A stretch of 64,000 nt of DNA, from positions 288,001 to 352,000 of the forward strand of contig JBGARZ010000003.1 of the NCBI GenBank assembly GCA_044229975.1, in the 5' to 3' direction. This document shows positions 1-8,287 of this stretch, in pieces. Origin of the DNA: Polyangiales bacterium (GTDB taxonomy: Bacteria; Myxococcota_A; Polyangia; Polyangiales; Ga0077539). A model generated the notes under the pieces. The model did no database searches. It was given only the letters and a program-made list of their open reading frames with translations, and had not been told where the DNA came from. The translations under genes were made by a program, and so were the position numbers. Each line of letters starts with the position of its first letter. Positions within the stretch are counted from its first letter, which is position 1.

Positions 1-142
1 GAGTGCCCGTGACGCGAGCGGTGCAGGTGATCCTCGGCGACGGTGTGTCGATCTGGGTGACGCCCGATGCGGACGGGTGGGTTCGGGTTCGCGACGACGC
101 GCCGGGCGCGCTCCGGGTCGCCGAAGGCAGCGAGGAGAACTC

Positions 143-2425
143 CTAGGGCCCGAGCGCGAGGAGCGTCCTCGCGAGGTCGCGGCGATCCATCACGGCGCGG
201 TGCCGCTCGACGACCGCACGCATCTCGCGCGCCATCTCGACGTCGCCGACCTGCGCCGCGATCGCCATCCGCAGCGCCGCCGCCCGCCACGTCCGCGTGA
301 TCGAGCCCGGGTCCATCCACACATCCTCGGTGCGCAGCCAGCGCCTCGCCTCTTCGCGATCGACCACGCCGAACACCACGCCCGCGAGCACGGCCCGCCG
401 CCCCGCCCGCGGCACGACCCCCGGCTGCCGACGCAGCCAGCCCATCAGCATGTCGCCGCGGCGCTCCGTCAGCGCCTCCCGCGCGTCGCGCGCGTCGATG
501 GAGTGCAGCGCCACGTAGGCGAGACCCGCGACGTCCCGATCGGCCCAGCGCCGAACCGCCAGTGGGACCATCGCCTCGGGTGCCCGCTCCCCAACCCCGT
601 CGAGCTCGCCGAGCGCAGCGTCCACCGCGTCGTGATCGCCCGAGGCGGCCGCGATCCATGCCTGTGCGTGGAGCAGCTCTCGCCGCGTCGACGCTGTGAC
701 CGACCCGGAGTGATCGTTGGCCCAACGGATCGTCTCCAGCGCTCCGATGAAGTTGCCGCTCGCCGCCAACGCACGAGCCTCCGAGATCGCGAGGCGCGCC
801 GCGTCGGCCTCCAGCCCCGGCGTGAGCGCGGGCATCGCGCGGTATCGCCGCAGCAGGTCGGCCTCGTACGGGCGCACCGCCAACACCCCGTCGAGGGAGA
901 GCGCGTCGAACCCCTCACCGGACGGTCGCGCGCAGCGACCGCTCGGCTCCGCGCAGTCTCGGAGCGAGCGAAAGGCCGCGTACTCGTGGCGCTCCGCCCA
1001 GTCCAACGACGGTCGCGGGTACCACTCGCCATCGCCGTCGCCCGCGGCCAGCCACGACGCCGCCGACTCACCGCGCGCGATCGCCACCTCCGCGCGCAGC
1101 GATCGACACGCCGCCGACTCGCGCTGACCCAACCGCAGCTCCAGCCGACGAAGCGCCTCGTCGTCCCCTGCCCTCGCACCCGACGCATCCGCGAAGCACC
1201 ACATCGCCTGCACGTACGCGTCCTCGTCGTGCTGTCCACGCCGCCCGGCCGCGCTCTCCGCCGCCCGCCGCGCGGTCGCCGCCGCGTCCGACCAGCGCCC
1301 CGCCATCGCGTGCACCGTCACGGCCCGATGCAGCTCTGACTCCGTCCGCAGCCCCGCGGCCCCCGCCCGCAGCGCATCGCTCGCCAGCGCAAACTCCCCG
1401 AGGCCCGCGCGAATCCACGCCGCGCGCACCTTCGGCTCTGCCCCGTCACACGTCATGAGCACGTCGGCCGCCCCACGGTGGTCGCCCATCTCCTCCATCG
1501 CGTAGGCCCGCTCGACACGCGGCGCTCCCCGCAACCGCAGCGCCGCGTCGAGCCACTCCTTCGCCCGCACGTCGCGCCGACGCGCACACCGCGTCGTCAA
1601 CGCCACCGCGTCGAGCGCATCCCGCCGATGCAGCGGCGACGCCGACGCCAGCACCGCGCGGCCCATGCCCGTTCCGTCGCACCACGCCCGCGTCGTGCCG
1701 ACCTCCACCGGGCCCCGCATCGCCGCGGCCGACCGCATCGCCACCGCCGCGCCCGCGGTCATCACCATCGCGCCCAGCATCGCCAGCGCCGCCGCGCCCG
1801 CCGCCCGCTGTCCTCGCGTGCCGACCCCTCCAGAGACCACCTCCGCCGCGACGCGCACCCGACCGTGGGCGCCCGCCACCATGCGCCACGTCGGCGCGGC
1901 CCCGCGGTACCCCGACACCGCCGCGGCCTCCGCCGTCGCCGGCTCCAGCACGCCCTCGACGCGCACCGCCTCGCCCGCCCGCAGCGCCGTGCGCCCGACC
2001 ACCCTCGCACCGTCGCCCGACACCGCCGTCGCGACAGCGTGTGCCGCTCCGACGATCACCTCGGGCTCACCCGCGATGCGAATCACGCCGCTGCGCGTCT
2101 CCAGCGTGAGCGTCCCGGTCACCCCGGTCCGCGGCGGGCTGATGGTCCCATCGGGCAGCGGCGCGTACCGCTCGGTCACCACCACCACGCCCTCCGCGGC
2201 GTCCGTCGAGCGCAGCGTCCCACGCAGCACCGCCGCGACCCCTTCCCCCGCCGGAACCTCCTCGCGCACCACGCCGAGCGAGGCCAGCATCCGCCGATGT
2301 GACGCCCCGCGCAGCCGCCGCCACACGCCCGGCGCGACCCACGCCCCCAGCAGCGCGAGGCACGCGACCATGAGAGCGAAGAGCTCGGGCCCGTGGGCCA
2401 ACCACAGCATCCAGCGCGGGTTCAT
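143..2425 (-). CDS. Hypothetical membrane protein (N-terminal TM, beta-rich region with GYRG motif, second TM, long Ala-rich helical/TPR-like region)
   Basis: 760-aa ORF with ATG start, two hydrophobic segments (FALMVACLALLGAWV; AALAMLGAMVMTAGAAVA) and helical-repeat-like C-terminal half. Confidence 0.65.
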   Translation of the reverse strand: MNPRWMLWLAHGPELFALMVACLALLGAWVAPGVWRRLRGASHRRMLASLGVVREEVPAGEGVAAVLRGTLRSTDAAEGVVVVTERYAPLPDGTISPPRTGVTGTLTLETRSGVIRIAGEPEVIVGAAHAVATAVSGDGARVVGRTALRAGEAVRVEGVLEPATAEAAAVSGYRGAAPTWRMVAGAHGRVRVAAEVVSGGVGTRGQRAAGAAALAMLGAMVMTAGAAVAMRSAAAMRGPVEVGTTRAWCDGTGMGRAVLASASPLHRRDALDAVALTTRCARRRDVRAKEWLDAALRLRGAPRVERAYAMEEMGDHRGAADVLMTCDGAEPKVRAAWIRAGLGEFALASDALRAGAAGLRTESELHRAVTVHAMAGRWSDAAATARRAAESAAGRRGQHDEDAYVQAMWCFADASGARAGDDEALRRLELRLGQRESAACRSLRAEVAIARGESAASWLAAGDGDGEWYPRPSLDWAERHEYAAFRSLRDCAEPSGRCARPSGEGFDALSLDGVLAVRPYEADLLRRYRAMPALTPGLEADAARLAISEARALAASGNFIGALETIRWANDHSGSVTASTRRELLHAQAWIAAASGDHDAVDAALGELDGVGERAPEAMVPLAVRRWADRDVAGLAYVALHSIDARDAREALTERRGDMLMGWLRRQPGVVPRAGRRAVLAGVVFGVVDREEARRWLRTEDVWMDPGSITRTWRAAALRMAIAAQVGDVEMAREMRAVVERHRAVMDRRDLARTLLALGP

Positions 2426-2482
2426 TGTGGAAGAGAGCCTACCCAGCAGGACGCCGGGGCGACAGCGGCGGGCGGGCGGACG

Positions 2483-3337
2483 TCAGAACAGTTCGAGGTA
2501 CATCGCCCACGAGAGGGCCGCGAAGGTCGCGTAGCCGACGCCCGTGTGGATGGTGCGAAAGGCCCGACTCGCGTCCGCGTCGGTGATCCGCGCGCCGACC
2601 ACGCCGAGGATGGGCATCAGGATCATCCCGATGCCGTGTACCCACGCGAGCGTCTTGTGCAGGCGTAGCGTGCTCGACGCGCGGTCGGTGCCCACCGAGG
2701 CGTTGTCGGGGTCGGGCGCGGCGATCGCGAGGATGCCTGCCGTCGTGTAGAGCCCCGTCGTGAGGAAGCTCGACCCGAGGTGCAGCGCCCCGAGCAGGCC
2801 CGACCCGCAACCGAAGGCGCTCGGGTCGCTCACGCACGCGCCGTCGCCAAACCAGGTCGGGCGGTTGATGGCCAGCATCGTCCCGAGCACCTCCGTCACG
2901 AGCAACGACCCCCACGCCGCGATGCCAAAGGCCCGGTGCGTGCGAAGAAGCGAAGCCCGTCGGCGCAGGACGTAACGCGCTTGCCGATCGGACTCGCGGC
3001 AGGTCTCGCAGTCGATGTCGCAGCTCTCACACGCCGCGGGCTCGGCGGCCGTCGAGCTCGTCGCGGGCGTCTCCGTCGCGGCGGCCGTCACCGCGGCGCT
3101 GGCAGCCGCGGGCGTCGCGTCGGTGGCGCGCGTGGCGGCCTGGGCGAGCCAGCGGTTGCGGAGCGCGGTGCCGCCGTCGAGGCCGAAGCTGCGAACCCGC
3201 AGCCCGACGTCCATGGTCCAGACCGACGGCGCGGCGGCCTCACCTTGAAGCGTCAACGTGGATGGCAACGCCTCGATGGTGCGCAACTGCGCGGCACCCG
3301 ACATCGCGACCAGAAACAACGCGGCTGAACCGATCAT
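2483..3337 (-). CDS. Hypothetical protein with signal peptide and 4-TM C-terminal domain (His-bearing helices)
   Basis: 284-aa ORF, strong purine-rich SD (GAGGAGAGAGG) upstream, four hydrophobic helices. Confidence 0.75.
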   Translation of the reverse strand: MIGSAALFLVAMSGAAQLRTIEALPSTLTLQGEAAAPSVWTMDVGLRVRSFGLDGGTALRNRWLAQAATRATDATPAAASAAVTAAATETPATSSTAAEPAACESCDIDCETCRESDRQARYVLRRRASLLRTHRAFGIAAWGSLLVTEVLGTMLAINRPTWFGDGACVSDPSAFGCGSGLLGALHLGSSFLTTGLYTTAGILAIAAPDPDNASVGTDRASSTLRLHKTLAWVHGIGMILMPILGVVGARITDADASRAFRTIHTGVGYATFAALSWAMYLELF

Positions 3338-3423
3338 CGGGCCTCTCTCCTCTCGTGACGAACCGTCACGAAGAAGGCCACAGCCCCGCCGCGTCGCTCA
3401 AGGGAAATGCCCGTCGATGCGTC

Positions 3424-4350
3424 CTAACGACGCAGGGCGCGGACGCCCGCCTTGTGCACCTTGCCGGGCAGCTCGCGGCCCACTACGGCCGAGGCAACAC
3501 GGCCCGCCTCGATGAGCTTGTCGAGGTCGATGCCGGTCTTGATGCCCATGCCGTGCAGCGTGAAGACGAGGTCTTCGGTCGCGAGGTTGCCCGCCGCGCC
3601 CGGCGCGTAGGGGCAGCCGCCGAGGCCGCCCACCGAGGCGTCGAAGGTGCGCACGCCCAGCTCCAGCCCGACCAGCACGTTGGCCAGCGCGGTGCCGCGC
3701 GTGTCGTGGAAATGCAGCGCCAGCTGCTGCGCCGGAAACTCCCGCAAGAACATCTCGACGATGCGCTTGGTCTGCACCGGCGTGCCGATGCCGATGGTGT
3801 CGCCGAGGGACACCTCGTAGCAGCCCATCTCCAGGAGCGCGCGCGTGATGGCGAGGCCCTTCTCCGGGTCGACCGTTCCCTCGTAGGGGCAGCCCCACAG
3901 CGTCGACAGGTAGCCCCTCACGCGACGCCCCGCCGAGAGCGCCTTTGGAACCATCTCGCGAAACACGTCGAGGGTCTCGGCGACGGTCTTGTTCACGTTC
4001 TTGCGGTTGTGGGTCTCGCTCACCGAGAGGAAGACCGCGACCTCGCCGAGGTCGGTGACGAGCGCACGGTCGAGGCCCTGCTGGTTGGGGCAGAGCGCCG
4101 AGTAGCTCACGCCCTCCGGGCGCTTCAACAACCGGCACAGCTCCACCGCGTCGGCGAGCTGCGGAACCCACTTGGGCGACACGAAGCTGGTCACCTCCAG
4201 GCGCCTCAACCCTGCCGCGACGAGGGCCTCGATGAGCCGCACCTTCGCGGGCGTCGGGACGGTCACGGCCTCGTTCTGCAACCCGTCGCGCGCGGAGACC
4301 TCGTAGACCGAGACGTCATCGGGCAGCGACTCAAACAGCGTGGTTTTCAT
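3424..4350 (-). CDS. Hydroxymethylglutaryl-CoA lyase
   Basis: Motifs EVSARDGLQNE, TSFVSPKWVPQLAD, SLGDTIG, LHFHDTRG, GGLGGCPYAPGAAGNLATED; start set at ATG 4350 with GGAG SD. Confidence 0.93.
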   Translation of the reverse strand: MKTTLFESLPDDVSVYEVSARDGLQNEAVTVPTPAKVRLIEALVAAGLRRLEVTSFVSPKWVPQLADAVELCRLLKRPEGVSYSALCPNQQGLDRALVTDLGEVAVFLSVSETHNRKNVNKTVAETLDVFREMVPKALSAGRRVRGYLSTLWGCPYEGTVDPEKGLAITRALLEMGCYEVSLGDTIGIGTPVQTKRIVEMFLREFPAQQLALHFHDTRGTALANVLVGLELGVRTFDASVGGLGGCPYAPGAAGNLATEDLVFTLHGMGIKTGIDLDKLIEAGRVASAVVGRELPGKVHKAGVRALRR

Positions 4351-4397
4351 GGCGACTCCGCGGAGCCTACCGCATCTCGCGGGCATCGCCCTCGCGC

Positions 4398-4425
4398 TTG
4401 ACGCACGGCATCGTGCGCGTACACC
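4398..4425 (+). promoter_or_regulatory. Candidate sigma70-type promoter of thrS (TTGACG-N16-TACACC)
   Basis: Near-consensus -35 and a -10 that recurs upstream of the tRNA gene. Confidence 0.5.
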
Positions 4426-4480
4426 GTGCGTCGCCCGCCGCGGGGAACAGGCCCCACGTCGGCGCAAAGGTCAGCAGGTC

Positions 4481-6478
4481 ATGAAGGTCACCGCAGGACA
4501 GCTCCTCAAGGATCGCAATCGTCTCCCACCGAACGCGGTCGCCGCGCTCATCGACGGTCGCACCGTCGATCTGCACACGCCGGTGGAGGCGACCGAGACT
4601 ACCGAGGCCAAGCCCATCCTCGCGGACGATCCGCGCGCGCTGCCCGTCATCCGTCACTCGACGGCGCACGTCATGGCCGACGCGGTGCAACGCCTCTTCC
4701 CGGGGACGAAGGTCACCATCGGGCCGAGCATCGACAGCGGCTTCTACTACGACTTCGACCGCCGCGACGGGCGCTTCACCGAGGACGACCTCGCGCGCAT
4801 CGAGGTGAAGATGAAGGAGATCGCGGCGGCCGATACGCCCTTCGTCCGCGGCGTCATGACCCGCGAAGAGGCGCGCGAGAAGCTCACGAAGATGGGCGAG
4901 ACCTACAAGATCGAGATCCTCGACGGCATCCCCGCGGGCGAGGACATCTCGTTCTATCAGCACGGCGACTGGATCGACCTGTGCGAGGGCCCTCATGTGC
5001 CGAGCACGAAGTTCCTCTCGGCGGTGAAGCTCACCTCCGTGGCGGGCGCGTACTGGCGCGGCGACGAGCGGCGGCCGATGTTGCAGCGCATCTACGGCAC
5101 CGCCTTCCCGACGCAGAAGGCGCTCGACGCCAACATGAAGCAGCTGGAAGAGGCGAAGGCGCGCGACCACCGCAAGCTGGGCAAGGAGCTCAAGCTGTTC
5201 ATGTTCCACGAGCTGGCGCCGGCGTCGCCGTTCTTCCAGCCGCGTGGTGCCCACCTCTACAACGGGCTCATCGCGTACATGCGCGACCAGTACGCGCGGC
5301 GCGGGTACTCCGAAGTCATCACGCCGCAGATCTTCGACAAGGGCCTGTGGGAGACCTCGGGGCACTGGGAGAACTACCGGGACAACATGTTCCTGGCGCT
5401 GGGCACCGACTCGCTGGAGCCGACCCGCGAGGGCCACGGCACCCCGATGAACCAGGTGTTCACGCTCGACGAGAAGGTCACCGAGGCGCTCGGCTCGGTG
5501 AGCGCGGGCTACATGTGCGGCTGCAAGGCGATGAACTGCCCGTCGCACTGCCTCATGTTCGGCGCCGATCGGAAGTCGTACCGCGACCTTCCCCTGCGCA
5601 TGGCCGACTTCGGGCGACTGCACCGTTACGAGCGCTCGGGCGTGACGCACGGGCTGTCGCGCGTTCGCACCTTCTCGCAGGACGACGCGCACATCTTCTG
5701 CACCGAAGAGCAGATGCCCGCCGAGATCGGTGGCTTCTTCGACCTCCTCGACGAGGTCTACGCCGACCTCGGGATGAACGAGGTCAAGATCTTCCTCGCG
5801 ACGCGCCCCGACAGCGGCTACCTCGGCACCATCGAGTCGTGGGATCGCGCCGAGAAGATCCTCGGCGACGCGGTGCTCGCGAAGGGTCGCACCTTCGAGA
5901 TCGCCAAGGGCGAAGGGGCGTTCTACGGGCCGAAGCTGGAGTTCCACATCACCGACGCCATCGGGCGTTCGTGGCAGCTCGGCACGCTCCAGGTCGACCC
6001 CAACCTCCCCGAGCGCTTCGACCTCTCGTACATTGGCGCCGACAACACCGCGCACCGGCCGGTGATGCTGCACCGCGCCGTGCTCGGCTCCCTGGAGCGC
6101 TTCCTGTCGCTCTACATCGAGCACACGGCGGGATGGTTCCCGGCGTGGCTCGCGCCCGAGCAGATCGTGCTCGTCACGGTCTCGGACAAGCACCTCGACT
6201 TCGCGCAATCACTCGCAGCGCGACTGCGCGCGGCGGGCCTGCGCGTCGACGTCGACCCGAGCAACGAGAAGCTCACCGCCAAGATCCGCAACGCGTCGCT
6301 GATGCGCCCGCCGTACATCGGGGTCATCGGCGACAAGGAGCTGGAGAACGACGGCGCGACGCTCCGCAAGGGGCGCACCGACCTCGGGTTCATGTCCACC
6401 GTCGACCTCATCGCGAAGCTGAAGGCGGAGTCCGTGGCTCCCTCTCGCGCTGCTGCTGCGGCCGCCGTCAGCGGCTGA
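4481..6478 (+). CDS. thrS: Threonine--tRNA ligase
   Basis: RHSTAHVMA, GFYYDF, DLCEGPH, GAYWRGD, RDHRKLG, MNCPSH, RYERSG, GAFYGPK, MLHRAVLGSLERF. Confidence 0.98.
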   Translation: MKVTAGQLLKDRNRLPPNAVAALIDGRTVDLHTPVEATETTEAKPILADDPRALPVIRHSTAHVMADAVQRLFPGTKVTIGPSIDSGFYYDFDRRDGRFTEDDLARIEVKMKEIAAADTPFVRGVMTREEAREKLTKMGETYKIEILDGIPAGEDISFYQHGDWIDLCEGPHVPSTKFLSAVKLTSVAGAYWRGDERRPMLQRIYGTAFPTQKALDANMKQLEEAKARDHRKLGKELKLFMFHELAPASPFFQPRGAHLYNGLIAYMRDQYARRGYSEVITPQIFDKGLWETSGHWENYRDNMFLALGTDSLEPTREGHGTPMNQVFTLDEKVTEALGSVSAGYMCGCKAMNCPSHCLMFGADRKSYRDLPLRMADFGRLHRYERSGVTHGLSRVRTFSQDDAHIFCTEEQMPAEIGGFFDLLDEVYADLGMNEVKIFLATRPDSGYLGTIESWDRAEKILGDAVLAKGRTFEIAKGEGAFYGPKLEFHITDAIGRSWQLGTLQVDPNLPERFDLSYIGADNTAHRPVMLHRAVLGSLERFLSLYIEHTAGWFPAWLAPEQIVLVTVSDKHLDFAQSLAARLRAAGLRVDVDPSNEKLTAKIRNASLMRPPYIGVIGDKELENDGATLRKGRTDLGFMSTVDLIAKLKAESVAPSRAAAAAAVSG

Positions 6479-6496
6479 GCCGCTCCCCCCTCCCAA

Positions 6497-7801
6497 CTAC
6501 CTCTCGCAGCTCGTGACGCCCCGGCAGTCGGGGTCGGCGCAGTCCATCAGCCCGTCGCCATCGTCGTCGGTCGCGTCGGCGCACGCGGTCTCGTAGGCGA
6601 CCCCGAGCGGGCGGCTGTCGAGGCGCCACGATGCGGGCGGTGTCGCGCCGAGAAAGCGCATCACCGTGGGATGCACATCCATGTGCGAGACGAACCCGTC
6701 GGGCAGGTGGGGATTGACCGTGGGCCCCGCGACGAACAGCGGGATGTCGCGGTTGTCGCGGTCGAGCGCACCGTGACTGGTCCCCGCGCCGCCGTGGTCG
6801 GTGCACACGACGACGAGCCAGCGCTCGTTGGCGATGCCGGGTCGCGCGACGATGGCGTCGAAGAGCGGGCGAACCAGCGCGTCGACGCCTTCGAGCGCGG
6901 CGCGATAGGCGGGGTTGGAGAGCGCGAAGCCCGTGTCGTGGCCCGCGTGATCGACGTCGTCGAAGTGGGTGAAGTGGACGTCGTAGTTGGACGAGGCGAT
7001 CCAGCGGACCATGGTCGACGAGACCGTCGGGCCGAGGCCCCAGGTGCGGACGTCCATGGCGCGCGTCTCGACGATGCCGCCGACGATGTCGGGCCACTGC
7101 GCCGCCACGGCGACGCGGAGGTGCAGGTCGTCGTGGGCGCGCGCGAGGAAGGTCGGCCACGCGAGGTCACGGTCGGCGTACTCGCCGTTGGCGACGACGC
7201 GGTGGTGATCGGGCCCGACGCCGGTGAGGATGGAGGTCCAGCCGGGAGCGGAGGTGGTGGGGCCCGTGAGCTGGGTGCTGACGTGGAAGCTCGCGGCGGC
7301 GTGCGAGAGCAGCGAGCGGAGGTTGGGCAGCGTCGCGCCTTCCATCGCATCACCGCGCACGCCGTCGATGCCGATCACCAGCACCTTGGGCGCGGCGTCG
7401 GGACGGGACGAGCCGAGCGCGCGGAGTTCGACGTCGGCGAAGGTGAGCACCCGCCCCGCCGCATCACGCACCCGCACCCTCCCCCGATGAACGCCCCCCG
7501 GAACCATCGCGCCGACGAGCTCGACCCGGAGCTGCGACGTCGAGACGAGCGAGCCGCGGAGCCACGGGACGTCCGCGTCGACGACGACGTCACCGCACGG
7601 CGCGCCCTCCCACGCGAGCGCCTGCGTCACCGTCTCGCTCTCCTGCCCCACCCAGAAGAACGACGGCGCCGCGCCCTCCATGCGCACGGCGGAAGGACAC
7701 GCCATCGCGTCGGTCGACCCCGCGTCTGCGGGGGTGATGGGCGCTGCGGAGCAGGCCGCGGACAGCGTTGCGAGAGCGAGGAGGCGGTGGAGGGTTCGCA
7801 C
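6497..7801 (-). CDS. Alkaline phosphatase/nucleotide pyrophosphatase superfamily lipoprotein with Ig-like (BACON-like) N-terminal domain
   Basis: Lipobox LSAAC; IGIDGVRGD, TTSAPGWTSILTG, FDDVDHAGH, TDHGG metal-binding motifs; C-terminal CADATDDDGDGLMDCADPDC motif; start GTG uncertain. Confidence 0.85.
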   Translation of the reverse strand: MRTLHRLLALATLSAACSAAPITPADAGSTDAMACPSAVRMEGAAPSFFWVGQESETVTQALAWEGAPCGDVVVDADVPWLRGSLVSTSQLRVELVGAMVPGGVHRGRVRVRDAAGRVLTFADVELRALGSSRPDAAPKVLVIGIDGVRGDAMEGATLPNLRSLLSHAAASFHVSTQLTGPTTSAPGWTSILTGVGPDHHRVVANGEYADRDLAWPTFLARAHDDLHLRVAVAAQWPDIVGGIVETRAMDVRTWGLGPTVSSTMVRWIASSNYDVHFTHFDDVDHAGHDTGFALSNPAYRAALEGVDALVRPLFDAIVARPGIANERWLVVVCTDHGGAGTSHGALDRDNRDIPLFVAGPTVNPHLPDGFVSHMDVHPTVMRFLGATPPASWRLDSRPLGVAYETACADATDDDGDGLMDCADPDCRGVTSCER

Positions 7802-7854
7802 GGCGGGAGTCTCGGCCCGTCGTACGGCGCGGCACAAGCCGCGAGGTGATTCGG

Positions 7855-8280
7855 TCAGGTGTTGTCGGGCAGGTACGCGATGGCGTGCACGAGGGCCACG
7901 AGGCGCTCGCGCTGCTCGGGGTCGAGGTTGGTGAACTGCACCCCGAAGCCGGGGTTGAGGTTCTCCCCATCCGGGCGGAAGGGGTTGATCCAGGCCACGG
8001 TGCCTTCGAGGTCGAGCGGCTCTTCACCGGGGGCCGCGAAGCGCAGGCGCAGCGGGCGGTCGAGGTCCGGCGGCGACTGGCTGTGGATGAAGATCCCCAT
8101 CTCGGAGATGTTGGTGATGTACGAGTAGAGGAAGTTCTCCCCGTCGTTGCAGTCGACCTCCCAGTTGGCCACGTCGACGCGGAGAAACGAGCGTCGCTCC
8201 GGGCCACCCGCGGGAGGCATGGAGGGACGTCCCAGACGCTCCGAAGGGGCGCCGTCGTCGTTGTTCTTGTCGCCGCTCAT
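7855..8280 (-). CDS. PilZ domain protein (Myxococcus paralogous TIGR02266-like)
   Basis: ERRSFLR (RxxxR), NISEMGIFI, GTVAWIN, PGFGVQF. Confidence 0.88.
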   Translation of the reverse strand: MSGDKNNDDGAPSERLGRPSMPPAGGPERRSFLRVDVANWEVDCNDGENFLYSYITNISEMGIFIHSQSPPDLDRPLRLRFAAPGEEPLDLEGTVAWINPFRPDGENLNPGFGVQFTNLDPEQRERLVALVHAIAYLPDNT

Positions 8281-8287
8281 CGTTGCC

